From: Piromyces finnis finn | Lineage: Eukaryota > Fungi > Neocallimastigomycota | Assembly (NCBI GenBank): GCA_002104945.1 | Contig: MCFH01000097.1 | Location: forward strand, 1 to 64,000 | Direction of reading: 5' to 3' | DNA: 64,000 nucleotides | Notes under the pieces: generated by a model | The model's database searches: none | Seen by the model: only the letters and a program-made list of their open reading frames with translations | Told to the model about the DNA's origin: nothing | Shown here: positions 1 to 16,533 of the stretch, piece after piece | How the letters are laid out: each line of letters begins with the position of its first letter | Numbering within the stretch: position 1 is the first letter of the stretch | Program-made: the position numbers and the translations under genes

Positions 1-167
1 AAAAAATAATATATAAATAATATATAATTTTTATTTTATTTTATTTACTCTATTACAATTTATTTTGAAAATTTATTATTAATTAAATATTATAAAATGG
101 TTTTTATCTCTATATCTATCTATATTTTAAGTTTTTACCAATATTATAAAATGGTTTATCTCTATCT

Positions 168-1982
<1,815 letters not shown>

Positions 1983-1994
1983 TCTATGATTGGA

Positions 1995-2185
<191 letters not shown>

Positions 2186-4552
2186 CATTCTCTTTGATAT
2201 TTTTATAAAAATGAAAAAATTTGCAATATTATATATAATTACAATAATAATTTCATTTTTATCCAAAATAATTGAATAAAGAAAAAAAAAAAGTACAAAA
2301 TCCCTTTTATATAAATTTACTTTTACAAAAAAGAAATATTTAATTAATTAAATTTTAAAAATACTCTTTTTAATAATTTATGATTAATCCATCCCTTATT
2401 CTTTTTTTTTTTTTAAAAAGAAAATAAAAAATGGATCTAGATTTTATTTTATTAATTTATTATATAATAAACTTTGGCGACACCTTTATTCTCAATAGTA
2501 AAATTTCCCATCCTAAAAATTTAAAAATAAAAGATTCGACAAATCCAGTACTCTAGACCTTTTAACCAAATTAATATTGAAAAAATAATTTAGTTTAAAT
2601 TTGTTATTTAATATTAAATTAAAAAATAATTATTTAATCCTTAATTTTTTTTTTTTTTAATGAAAAGATATTATATAAACTTGTATATTATGAAACAATG
2701 AAAATATTATAATTGAGAATAATGTGTATAAACATTAAACATTATTTTATTCATATTTACAATATTTTTAATTAATTTTAAAGTATGTATAATATACTAC
2801 AAATTATTATTAATATCTTTTTTTTTTTTTTACTTTCAGATAATACCAAAATGGAATTTAAATATAAGCTTGTATATAATTCAATTATATTTCCATTTCT
2901 TTTATTTTGTCTATTATTACTAATGTTATTTTTTTTTTAAAAAAAAAAAAAGGATAATATAATAAAATATAAAAAGCATTATTCAAAAGAAAGAAAATAA
3001 TTATTATTCTTTATAGACAATATAATTTAAATAGTAAATTTACTTTTTATTATTATAGTTTAGTCTAGATTTTTTTTTTTAATAATTAATACTTCCTTAC
3101 ATAAACAATATTCATACAAATAAAACGATATGCTATTGTGAATCTTATAAAAATTTCTTTTTTATATAATTTGAATATCTACATTTTTTTTACTTGATAA
3201 AGGAGTTAATTATAAATAATACTAAAAATATATTTAATTTATGATTTTTTAATAATAATTGATATAAAGTTTCTAATTATTAAACTTTTAATAATATCAT
3301 TAAACATAATATCCTTCAGTATTGATATTGTACTACTCATCTTTCAAAATACTACCATTATCAAAATAATAGTTCATAAAAAAAAAAATCAAACCTTTCT
3401 TATATAGTTGACAATTTCATATATCAATTGTAAACAATTAAATAATAAACATATTTATATATAGAATTGTTCTTCAATATTCATATTAAATTTAATTAAA
3501 AAATCATTTACTTGTTACTATTTATAAAAATTTCTAAATTAAAATTATAAGATGAATGAATAAAAATAAAGGTAAAAATATAATTTTAAATATTTTATTT
3601 GAAGTTAAGGAAATAAAAAAAGTTTTTGAGTCTAGTTCGTTGTTTTTAATAAAGTTTTTAATATAAATATACTCTTTAGATGAATTTTAAATTTAATAAT
3701 TGAAATAATAAATCATTTATAAAACATATACTTTTAGTTTTAATAATATAAATTTAATTAAAAGAATTTATTATTACAGCTTTATTATTTATGTTTATTT
3801 ATTTTATTATATGTATAAATTCTAGAATTTTTTGTCACTAAATACTCAAAACTCAAAATGTTAACAAATTAATTTATTGTTATCTATAAAGTTAAATTCT
3901 GAAAATAATATATAATTAATAGAAAAAATAAGAAGAAAAAGAAGAAATAACAATAATAAATGACAACAACAACAACAACAAACAATAATATTAATAATTA
4001 AGGAATATTAATAATAATTAAATAATTATACATATTTTAAATAATATGTTTATAATTTGAGATATTAAAAAAAAGATTAACAAAATAAATAACAAATTGT
4101 TCAATTTTAAAAGAAATAATTGTAACATACACTTTAATAATACATAAACTTTTTAATTAAATTATTAAAGGAAAATAGATATATATAATAACATTTTAAT
4201 AAATATTACTGAAATTCTAGATTTTTAATAATATAATTAAATTATAATAAATTATTTCTTTCATATATACAATATTCATATATACAATATTTAATTTTTA
4301 AAAGTAAAATATGATAAATATACTATTTATAGAAAAACTAGATTAAAGAAATATATTTATTTATTAACAATGATTTAGAATGGTTAGACTATAATAATTA
4401 TTGTTATGAAAATTATAAATTATTTGGTTTATTATCAGGGTTAGATTATTAATAGTTCATAATTAAAATAATAATATTCATCTAAATCCAAATTTAATAT
4501 CAGTTTAAATTTTTAAATATTAATATAATTTAATTGTACATCTCATCTAACT

Positions 4553-5917
4553 ATGGCAAAAATAAGAAAGGTTTCAAAAATAGGAAAAAATAAAAAAGGT
4601 AGTATAACTTCTACTATCGAAATACCATCTACCATGCCTTTAACAAAATCAATTATAAATAATGATTTAGAATTATTTATTAAATCAATTGATATTTTAA
4701 AAATTAACATCTTAAAAAATAAATTAATTACATCTTTTCAATGTGAAAAAACTCAAGGTGAGAGATTAACAAAAGGAACTTCAACACCAGTGTATACAAT
4801 TAAAATTATAACGTCTTCTAATGAAGAATTAAAGTTTGTATTAAAATTTATAAAACTTTCAGAAAGATCTGATCCTGAATTTTTAGGAGAATCTTATAAA
4901 ATTGAAAAAAATTTTTATAATAATAACCTTATTAAAGGAAAAATTTGTGAAAATAAATTAAATATACCTATTCTTTATCATTTCGAAGAAGATAAAAAGC
5001 TTCAATATATGTCATTTTTCATGAATGATATTAGTGTGGATTATCCAGAGCATCCAGAAACACCTAATGTTACACAAGCACAATTAGCGTTAGAATGGTT
5101 GGCTAAATGGCATTCACTATTTTGGATGGAACATTGGAATTGGCCAAAAGATCTTTGGAAAGAAGGAAATTTCTGGGTTTTAAATAGAAAAGGAAAAAGT
5201 GAGAAATAAAATGAATATATATGTATAAACTTTATAGAAAATAGTTATCTTTTTTTATAAACTTTTGCTTTATTTATTTATATTAAACTTAAATTTAATA
5301 TCATAACAATTCTATTCATATTATAATATTTATTATTGTTAGATAATTTACAATCAATCCCACACACTTGGAATTCTCTTATTAAAAATCTTAATAAAAA
5401 ATATGCTAGTGTTTCTCATGAAAAAGGATTTAATGATTTTGGTAAACGTATTATGAATGCTGCAAAAGGAATTTATCAAGTTTTGAATAATACAAGATAT
5501 AGAACTATTCTTCATGGAGATTTTAAACCAGCAAATATGTTTTTCGATAAAGAATCATGTTCTGTTTGTGATTTTCAATTTTCAGGAGCTGGTGTACCAC
5601 TTCAAGATGTAGTCTACTTTTTATTCCCGGATGCTTTAATGAATTTTTCAGGAAAAGAAGAACAACTTTTAAAACATTATTTTAATAAATTAATTAGTCT
5701 CGGAATTGATTCTATGGACTACGATTTATGCTTTCAGTTGTACAAAATATGCTTATTGGATTATATAAGATATTTACTTGAAAAAGGATGGATGTGCTAT
5801 TCCGAAGAAGAAGTTAAAGTTGTACAAAAATGTAATGTATGGTTATCTGAATATGACAATTTTCAAATATTAAGTGAGCAGCAGTATTTAGATATAATTA
5901 ATGAAAAGATCAATTGA
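4553..5917 (+). CDS. APH/choline-kinase-like (ecdysteroid-kinase-like) phosphotransferase; two exons 4553-5198 and 5343-5917
   Basis: GTGAGA donor at 5199 and TTAG acceptor at 5342 join the two listed ORFs in frame (..RKGK-N-NLQSIP..). Brenner-type motif TILHGDFKPANMFF and a CDFQ motif are present. Confidence 0.8.
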
Positions 5918-6810
5918 TTGTTTCAAGAGAGAAAATAAAATAGAACTTATTATAAATATTAATAATATATAAATAGAAAATAAAGACTTATTTTTAAAAT
6001 AACTTTTATATAATAGAAATATTAATATCAAGTTAAAGCTTATTATCTTTTTTTTTTTTTTTAAATTCTCTTTGAATATATTTTTTTTTGTCTAATGGAG
6101 TGTAACGATAAATTATTTTATTTATGGCAAATGAAATAATATATTAATAAAATACTTTAAGTTATAGTAAATAAAAAATATGTGGCAACATTTATATAAT
6201 GGAAGTTTAGGTAGTACAGTTATTTAATTAGGATAAAATTCATTATATAGAATATTTATAATTTAAAGTTTGGATGATTATATATTTTATATAAGTATAA
6301 ATAATTTAAATTTAAATTATATTCTAATACAAATGAATATTAATTATACTTTATCAATTAAATATATATTAAGCTTTTTTAGATATAAAAATTATTCTTT
6401 ATTAACTTCTATTTTTATTCTTTTAAAAACAATAAATCATAAAGAAAGTTAATCTGATTTAAAAGCAAAACGATATTAAATATCTTAAACAAATAAACAA
6501 TATTAAAAGATCGAAGGACAGAAATAACAAATAATAATAGAAAAATAAAAAAGAATAATAAATATTTAGATAATTTAATAAAGTAAATTTTAATAATAAA
6601 TTCTAAGTATTAATTTATTATATAATTAATGTTTATGAAAAGAAAGTAATTTTTTTCTTTGTATATAAGATTTAGCATTTATTATCGAAGAGAAATACAA
6701 CTAAATTCGTAATATTAATTTATATTAAATTAAAAACAAAAAAAAAAAAGTATATATAATATATATTTAAATGATATTAGAGGATATATTATAAAAATAA
6801 GCTATATATA

Positions 6811-6816
<6 letters not shown>

Positions 6817-6892
<76 letters not shown>
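6817..6892. repeat. (AAT)n microsatellite
   Basis: Directly visible. Confidence 0.9.
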
Positions 6893-6895
<3 letters not shown>

Positions 6896-7089
6896 CAAAT
6901 AAATATCAATTTAGAAATAAAAACATATTTAATACTTTAATCGAAATAATTAAATAAAAAAAACATATAAAATTATTATCATATAATAAAAAAAAAATAA
7001 GACATTTTATTTTAAATATAAAAATACACCATAATAAAATCCTTTTTTTTTTAAGTAATTTATAATAAATTTATTAATTAAAAAAAAGA

Positions 7090-10000
7090 ATGGATTTCTA
7101 TAATAACAACAACAACAACAACAACAACAACAATAATAATAGCAATAACAACAATAAAGGTAATATATATATATCATATATTTACATCTATCAATATTTA
7201 GAAACTAAATATTATTTTTTTTATCATTTAATATCAAAACATTTTGTTGCTTATTCATTGCTTATATCATAAATACAATACCATTATATTATAAAAAAAT
7301 AAAAATTTAAAAATTTATCCATTAAAAAAGGTGATATACCTGGATTGATGTTAACACAAGAAGAAAAAAACGCATATGCTATTTTATATGCGAAAGCAGA
7401 ACCCAATAGTAATGGATCAATTACTCCAAATCAAGCATTTGCCTTTTTAACAAAGTCGAAACTTCCATTTGAAGTATTAAGTGAGGTCAATAGGAAATTA
7501 AATAATATATACATTCAATTTCTATTTTTAATTTTTTTATTTTCTCCTAAATAATATATATAATAATTATTTTTTTATATTATATTATATTATATTATAT
7601 TATTTAATTTATTTATATATAAACATACAAATGAAATATTTAAAAACGTGAAGATATGGAAGCAAACTCAAAAAAATTCAGTGTTGGATCGTGAAGGTTT
7701 TTATAAAGCATTAAAGTTTGTTTCATTAGCTCAAATTAATCAACCAATTAATCCACATTTATTATATGCAAGTATGTAATTTTAAATTCAAAGTTTTTTT
7801 TTATTATTATTAAATTATTAATATTATAAAATAAAGACTAATCAAATATATAAAATACACAAGAATTAATATATTTAAAGTCTTTTTTTTAATAAGTTAA
7901 CTCAATATTTTTTATTTGTATTTTTTTATTTTTTAATTAATAATTAATAGGTACTCCACTTCCTGCCTTTGAAGGTATATATATCAATAGCACAAGCTCA
8001 AGTGTTAGTAATTCAAATCAAGATATCAATAATTTAACAATATCTGATGTTGAATATCAAAAATGGGCAAACCTTTTCTATCAATCAAAAACTGTTAATA
8101 ATAATATTAGTGGTATATAATGTTTCAATATTTTTTTTAATAATATTTATGTTTTCTATTAACATTAATTTTTCATTATTAAAATAAATAAATAAATAAA
8201 TAAATAAAAAATACGAATTATTGATGTATTAGGTAGTACTGCTAAAGATATATTTTTAAAATCTGGTCTTTTAACCAACGTATTAGCAGAAGTTTGGTAA
8301 TTATTAGAGTATTATAAAAATATTAAATATCCATGATTTATATATAAATACATAGCATAAAAAAAAGAATAATATATGAAGTTATTAATTATAATTGTAA
8401 TTATGAAAATAACTTTTTTTTTTTCATGTTTTGTAATTTATTCATATATATATATATGGTAACAATATTTGAAATTAATTATAGGCAATTAGTTGATTTA
8501 GAAAAATCAGGTGAATTAGATTTAAATGAATTTTTGATTGCAATGTTTATTATTATGAGGTTAAAGGATAATACAATCAGTGAAGTTCCTCGTGCTATTC
8601 CTTCAAATCTCTGGAAATCTGTAGCATATAACAAAAATAATTCAAACTTTGGATCAATTACTAATAGAACTCCAATACAAAGATATAATAATAGTAGTGA
8701 AAATTCATTTTCAAACAGTTTTACTTCACCTGTTACTTTAAATAGGACCGGAAGTAATGCTATTCCAGTTAATGTCACTGGTGGAAGTATAAGTATTAAT
8801 AAAACTGGTGGAAGTGTTGTTTCTGTTAATAAAACTGGAAATAGTGCTATTGGTGTTAACAGAAATAATATGTTATTATCATCTGGATTTAAAAATAATT
8901 CCTTTGAAAATTCCTTAAATAATTTCAACACTCAACCTCTATTATCTAATCAATCTTCTAATCAGTCAATCAATTCAGGATACTCAAGTGAATATGCTAT
9001 TTCTCAGCAAGAAAAAGAAAAATATGATCCATTATTTAGTAAGCTTGATACTATGGGCAATCAATATATTACTGGTGAACAAAGCATGGATTTCTTCTTA
9101 AAATCAGGTCTTTCTACTCCAGAATTAGCTCAAATTTGGGAATTAGCAGATATGAATAAAGTTGGTCGTCTTACACGTGAAGAATTTTACATTGCTATGC
9201 ATTTAATTCGTCAAACCAAATCAGGTATGAAATTACCAATTACTTTACCATCTGTATTAATTCCACCATCTTTACGTAAAGGAAGTATTAATAATATTAG
9301 TGATGGTAGTTCTCAATTTAATCAACAACCAATAAATACTTCCTTTAATAACAATTCAAATACTGGTAATGATACATTACTCAATTCCTTCGATACACCA
9401 TCTAGCAAATTCACCACTAGTGCAAGTAATGATAATATGAATAATAGTGCCTTTAGGAATAATGGAGGTACTGTTGAAAAAGAAGTTAATCAATTAAAGA
9501 ATGAAATTCAACAAATGGATAATAATATATTATCTATGACTAATGATAAACAAATATCTAGAAGTCAACGTGACCAATTGGAACAAGAATTAAAAGAATT
9601 AGTCAGCAAAAAGAACGATTTATCTATGAAACTTACCCAATTAAAAATTAGTTATGATTCTGAAAACTTAATGTTAAATGATTTAAAGGCTACTTTTGAG
9701 AAGGAAAATAAAAGTAGGGAAGCGGCACAAGCCGAATGTAATCAATTGGAAGAAATGATCAAAAAAATGAGAAATGAAAAGATGTTTATCGAGCACGATG
9801 TAGAGAGAAGTAAAGAAGAAGTAACTCAATTAAATAATCGTATTAAGGAATTAAAAACTGAATACAATATTATTAAAGATGAAATTGATCAATTAAATAT
9901 AGAGCAAAAGCATCAAAATGATATGTTGAATGTTACTCGTCAAATGACTATGGCTGAACAACAAAAGGTTGAGCAATTAAAGCAAGAAAAAATGAATCTT

Positions 10001-12595
10001 CAAGTTAGTATTATGAATAGTCAAAAGGAATTGGATAAGATAACTAATGAAAAAGATACTATTTTCAGAGCCAACCAAGATAATAAAATTGTTAATCCAT
10101 TTGAGCAAGAAGATGAAACAGATTTCTTTAAAAACTCACCATCTAAGTCAACTACTACCAGAAGCAATTTTGAAGATGCTTTTGATACATTAAGTGCTCG
10201 TGCTACTGATGTAAATTCTGGAAAATTTAAGGCTTCATTTGATAATGTTTTTAGTACACCAAGTACCCCAAATCAAATTAAGAACCAAGTTAATAATTTT
10301 GATGAGGCCTTCCAAATTACTAATGAGGAAGTTTCTTCCCCAACACATGTACCTTCTAATGCTTTTAATGATGTTTTCCAAACCTCAAGTAAGGATCAAG
10401 ATAATGAAATTAATGCTTTTGATGATCCATTTTCAAAACATGCTAAAAGTATTCCAAATGCTTTTGATGATGTTTTTAATGACCAAAAAAATGATTCAGT
10501 TGTTGAAGATCCATTTATTCAAAATACAAGCCTTCCAAATAATGATTTTGATGATGCTTTTTCCGTACCAAATCATGATAAAAAAGAAAGTGATAACATT
10601 AATACTTTTGATAATAACTTTAATGATACCAATAGCCCATTTACTAATTCTAATGGATTTAATGATACTTTCCAAAATAAAAACGTCAATTCTTCTCAAC
10701 AACCAACCCAAGAAGGATTTACAGCTGATTTCAATAATGCATTTGGTAATAACAGTAACAATGATAATGATGATAACAATAAAATTAAAGATCCTTTTAA
10801 AACTACAGACGAAAGTAAAACACAATATCAAGATCAAGCTGGATTTTCATTTACTAATACTATAAATGCTACTCAAGAAAATGCATTCTCCTTTGATAAT
10901 ACCTCAGTTAGTGCTCCAGGTAAGGATCAAGCTGGTTTTTCATTTGATAATGCTTTTGATGAAGCTGCCACATCCGCAGTTCAATCCATTGATCCATTTA
11001 AGGTTTCTTCTCCAGAAGGTTTTAGCGTACATGATAATGATAATGATGCTGAGGATTATGAAGATGAAGATGAAGTTGAAAGTAGTATTGATGAAGAAAG
11101 AAAACAAATAAAACAAAATGGTGAAATTATAAATCCATTTGATGATGATCAAAATATTGAATTTGATGAAGATTATTCAAACGAAGATCAAAATCCATAT
11201 GAAGTTGATTCAGAACAACAAATTTCTATGCCAATGCCTGTTACTAATTCTGATTTGGAACAACAACCCGAACAACAACTTCAAGAACAACAATTGCAAC
11301 AAGAAACGGTATTCATACCAGTATCAATGCCAATGCCATTGCCAATACCTGTTCAAGATATAACACCAATTCAAGATACAAAACTAGAACAACCAATTCA
11401 ACAAGAACAAGTTACACCGATTCAAGAACAAAAACCAGAACAATTAATTCAACAAGAGGAAGCTACACCAATTCAAAAACAAGAACCAGAACAATTAATT
11501 CAACAAGAGGAAGCCACACCAATTCAAGAACAAGAACCGGAACAATCAATTCAACAAGAGCAAAATGCTTCAATTCAAATTGAAGAGAAATCAATTGAAC
11601 CATCAGTTCAAGAAACAGTTGAAACTTGTAAAGCCTCAGTACAACAACAAATAATTGAAGAAATTATTGTTGAAGAAGTCATTTATGAGGATATCGCATC
11701 AGAAAAAGCAAAAGATATACAAGAAAATTCACAAAAATTAGATCAAGTACAAACTAATGAAGAAAATTCCCAAGAATCGGAACAAGAAATTTCTCAACAA
11801 CAGGAGCAAGCAGCTCAACAAGATCATTTAAATAACCAAGATTCTATGGACAATCCATTTAAAAATGAAAATAATGTATTTGATAATGAAAATAAATTTA
11901 ATGATGACGGTACCTTTGAAACTGATTTTAATAATGCTTTCCAAAATATGACTATATCTAATAATATATCAAATACAGACATAGAAAATAAAGAATCAAA
12001 GGTAGATGAAAATAGTATGGTCAAATCATATTCTAATAATTCTATTAAAATTGATAATCTTGATATGGATAAGGATTTCCAAGATTTCGTCAATAATTCT
12101 GAATTTGAAAAGACTGAAAATAATGAAATTTCGGTTGTCGCTCAAAATGTTAATGATAATGCTAATAATTCATTTGATGAAGAATTTAAAACCGGCTTTG
12201 ATGAAAATGATTTCAACTTTGATACCACTTTTGATAATAAAAATACTTCACTTATAAATGAAGATGCCAATATTAATAATTCAAATAATGATAAAAATGG
12301 TGATGCTTTTGATACTTTTACTGAACAAGCTACGGCTCGTTTCAATACTAATTTTGATGATGCTTTCAATTTTGATAATTTCTATGATAAAAATAATGAA
12401 CAAAAACAAAGTGATGCTTTTATGGATGAAGCTTTTGGTGGTTCCACAACTACGCAAACCAATAATAATAATGAAAATACTTTTGCAAACTTCGATAACA
12501 ATTTTAATGATTTTAAGAATGATAATGCATTTACTGCTTTTGATGATAATTCCAATCTTACAGATTCTTCCACTACAACAAACAAGAATAGTTAA
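7090..12595 (+). CDS. EDE1: EH-domain endocytic scaffold (Ede1/Eps15 family), multi-exon
   Basis: Inferred exons 7090-7159, 7331-~7485, 7654-~7771, ~7951-8113, ~8233-8296, ~8485-12595 with GT-AG introns. Three EH repeats (FLTKSKLPFEVLSE; FLKSGLLTNVLAEVWQLVD; FLKSGLSTPELAQIWELAD..LTREEFYIAMHLI), a central coiled coil and a DPF/NPF/FxxxF-rich tail. Confidence 0.85.
11360..11565 (+). repeat. 51-bp coding minisatellite (17-aa EQxIQQEExTPIQxQxP unit, about 3.5-4 copies)
   Basis: Repeated translation EQPIQQEQVTPIQEQKP / EQLIQQEEATPIQKQEP / EQLIQQEEATPIQEQEP / EQSIQQEQ. Confidence 0.85.
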
Positions 12596-12756
12596 GATAG
12601 TATAGACAATAAGATAATAAAATAGTAAAAAATTCAAAAGTTACATGTATTAATATATATAAATCTTAATTTTAAAAAATTCAATAAAACCTTTATATTT
12701 GAATATATTTTTATTATATTATTTTAAAAAATTGTTAAAATTAAAATCAAAATATA

Positions 12757-12902
<146 letters not shown>

Positions 12903-13069
12903 GTTAGAAAAAATTATATTGTCAACTATAGACTTTTTAAAATATTTTAATCACTGTTTTATTAACTTAGGTTATAATGTAGTATGAGCCTTTATTGTTG
13001 AATTTTTATAAAAATATTTTAATTTTTTTTTGTTTTGTTTTATTTGATAAATAAATAATTAAATTTTTA

Positions 13070-15619
13070 TCAATCTTTTAAAGTTTTTACATAATTTTCT
13101 AAAAGTTGGCGTTTATAAAATTTATCGATAGGTGGGTAGATTAAAGGTGGTAAATAATTAAATTCTTTAAGAGGTTGACACACCTCTTGAATAAAATCTT
13201 TTTGAAATTCAGTAGTCTTAATAAAAGCTAACTTAAATTCATTTATAATACCTTCATAACACCATGGGTATAAAATATTTCCTTTATTGATGTCACTATA
13301 TATTGGGTCCTCTATACACATTAAAGATTTTTCCCAGTGTTTTTCCTTTTTGGTGAGAGAATGTCCTAAACGAGAACTAATAACATCATTTTCATAATTA
13401 AATTCAAAACCAAAATATTCAAAATAGTCAACTAATAATCTTCCAACATTATTCTTATTTGTACAAGGAAAATTTAATTGATTTTTTATTATTTTATTTT
13501 CTTGTTCCTGATCTTTAAACCAAAACATCTCAGATTCCATTAAATTTTTATCATGTTCATTTCTTTCCTTTAATAAATCTTTAATGGATTCAACATTAGG
13601 AAGAATAGGAGGTTGTTGGATTTGTAGAAAATAAATTAATAATAATATATAAGAGTATGAATTAATCTTTTAAATATACATATACATATATATATATATA
13701 TTGACCTTAGTTTTTTGTATTGCTAAATTCGAAATTGAAATGTATTATTTTTAATGATATAAAAATATAATAGTCTTACCATTCGATCGACCGTATTACC
13801 CTTATCTATTCCTCTTTGTTTAATCCAATATTTTATTGCAATAACAAGAACTCTGAAACGTTCATCTATAACATCACAAATTTTAAAAAGTTGTACATTT
13901 TTTAACAGGCCTTCACAATTAATAGATATATCTACATCTATTTGTTCCTTTTCATCAAAAAAAGTACATAAACATCTATTTTAGCGATTTATTTAGATTA
14001 TATAAATATTACCAACAATTTTAGTTAATTCTAAAATTAATAAAATATATTATCTTTATTCATTTATTAAGAATACCATAAATATATTTATATTATTTAT
14101 TTCTATAAATATTTTATAATAATTGTATTTTTTTTTTTATTTTATATTTTTATAATAAAATTATATTTATCTATACTTTACACTTTAGTATGAACAGCAT
14201 AATTAATTACAATATTTTTCATCCCTAAATTCGTAAAAATTACTTTTAATTTTTCAAGTATGCCTTTACTGTCTTCTTTACATTCTGTTAAAATACAAAT
14301 ATCCAAATCACTGTTTTTTAATCCTAACTGAGTATATAAAGACCTTTTTTATTCATGAATCAATAATAATTAATTAAAAAAAAAACAATAATAAATATGA
14401 CAAATTAAACAAATTATAAATAAAAAATGTTTAACTTAAAATATATTAATAACTATTTAAATATTTATAAATACTATACCCTGTTAAATATATATTATTA
14501 CTTATACCATATTTTCTTATTTCTCTTTTTATGTAGTTAAAATACTTTAGCTTTCTATGGTATTCTTGTTTGTCAATACCTTTTTTCTTGGATATCATAA
14601 TTATTATTATATATTTTTATAAATAAATATTAAATAAATATTATATTAATTCATAATAAAATCTTGGTTTTATATTTAATTACTATTTTCTTAATAACTT
14701 ACATTTTTAAGTTTAATTAAGGATTCAGATAAAGTGTCGTAATTTATTTCTGATTTAAATCCTGTTCTTACTTCTTTTCTCTCATACGAATCCTTATAAA
14801 TTATATTATCGTTCGCAAATACCCAATTAAATGGAACTATCTATATTTATTAAAATTTGATAAAACAAAGTTAAGTTCACTTTAATTTCATTTCATCAAA
14901 TATATTCTTAAATATTAAATTAATTTTATTTTCCTTTTTTTTCTTATTTTTATTCTTTTCTTTTTAACTTACAAATGAACTTTTTTTTTTACATTGTTCT
15001 GGAAAAGGTAGCAACACAATATCTTTTTTTAAATCACTAAATAGTCTTTTTAAATAACCATTACCAGTTCGAATTAAGTATTCTTCTATAACAACGTTAC
15101 CTTCTTTGTCTTTCTCCTCTTTACTTATGATTTGATATAATGGTGTCAAATTATTAGCTTTTATCCATTTTCTAATACCATTTCTAAAAAAAAAAAAGAG
15201 GTAAAATTGTTATTTATATTTACATATATATAATATAAAGATATAAAGGAATTTCTAAATTAAATTTTAAAAAAAATTATTCATTAAATTTATTAAATAA
15301 TGTTTTATTTCATTAATAATAACAATAAAGACAGTACTGTCTATAAAAATAATATCAAGCATTTAAATTATATTTTCATTATGATTAAAAAAAAAAAAAC
15401 TTACTTAAATAATTTTTTTATATTATTATACTCCGAGATTTTTTCTTTAATATAACGAAAATTTAATATATCTTTCTTATTTTTGAAAAAAATATACTCT
15501 ATAATACAAAATAATTGAATATCCCTGAAGACATGTACTTCTATAGCTTTTCTTGCATAATAATGCTTTTCAATATCCTTAACTTTTGGAAATCTAGTAT
15601 TCTTTAATATATTTGACAT
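13070..15619 (-). CDS. Cid1/TUTase-like non-canonical poly(A)/poly(U) polymerase, multi-exon
   Basis: Manually joined exons give IYLTGSLYTQLGLKNSDLDICIL (pol-beta nucleotidyltransferase GS..DxD), QIDVDISIN (third Asp) and AIKYWIKQRGI, then a PAP-associated domain (GRLLVDYFEYFG.EF.Y...IS.R...MCIEDP). The exact 5' exon boundaries are uncertain. Confidence 0.75.
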
Positions 15620-15756
15620 TATTTTATTTTATAACCATATTATTTAAAAAGACAAAGATATAAATACAAAAAAAAAAAAATTTAAACGGTTGATAGAATT
15701 TATTTTCATTAAATTAATTAAATTATATATAAAATATAAAATATCTAGTTTATTTA

Positions 15757-16318
15757 TTTATTTATTTATTTATTATTTTTTTTTCTAGACTTCCATATAT
15801 CCTCATCTAACCCCCTGAGTTATATATGGTATGTGATAGTACATTATTGTACATTGCCATATCAGTACGACGTCGGCACAATCACCCCTCTGGGCAGGCA
15901 GGGCTAATATAAAATGGCTTATTGATCTTAACGATACTTTCACACAAGATTGAGCTACTAACACCAGTGATCGTGAGCTCCTTGAACCTTTATTAGCGAA
16001 GAATGATTAACGATGAGAACAACCCTCAAAGATCATAGTTAGTAATCTGTGAATTTATTGATACTCCTTTTTATGAATACTCTAAACTACAGAGGAAAAA
16101 TCGCTTGTAACAGAGAAAACTACCTTATCTGAATAAATTACTTAGAATAGAGTCTGGTGGTATGATTATACTTATCTGAATTAACCTTTAACCCTTATTC
16201 TTTTGGCGCAAACCTGAAACAGGAAAATTGCTAAAGAACTGTCAATGGCGGGGGTCGAACCAGAAGCCTTATGAATGCTAAGTAGGGTCTTAACAACCAG
16301 AATAGAAACTGGAACGAC
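15757..16318 (-). mobile_element. tRNA-derived SINE, copy 1
   Basis: Minus strand begins GTCGTTCCAGTTTCTATTCTGGTTGTTAAGACCCTACTTAGCATTCATAAGGCTTCTGGTTCGACCCCCGCC (B-box GGTTCGACCCC). It ends GGAAGTCTAG + A9 + (TAAA)n. TSD CTAGTTTATTTA at 15745-15756 and 16319-16330. Confidence 0.8.
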
Positions 16319-16533
16319 CTAGTTTATTTAATAATGATAATTAATTTCTATTATAACTGTAAAATCAAATATTTTATTTTATTTTATTTTTTTATTTATA
16401 TTTATAAAAATAACTATAATTATTTAATATCTTATAATATTACTCTTATAATATAAATATCTTTATTATTCAAAGTCTATTGTTTTTAATATTAAAGAGT
16501 TTTTAGAAGTTATTAATTACATTACTATTATAA

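Noticed and set aside
6270-6452. Short AT-rich ORFs at 6270-6452, 28750-29004, 31763-31957 and 59055-59252
   Set aside because: Low-complexity intergenic sequence with homopolymer runs; expected by chance.
8479-12637. Numerous 60-210 aa ORFs overlapping Ede1; likewise those overlapping bZIP and the pol genes
   Set aside because: Antisense or off-frame shadows of long ORFs in AT-biased codon usage, with no motifs.
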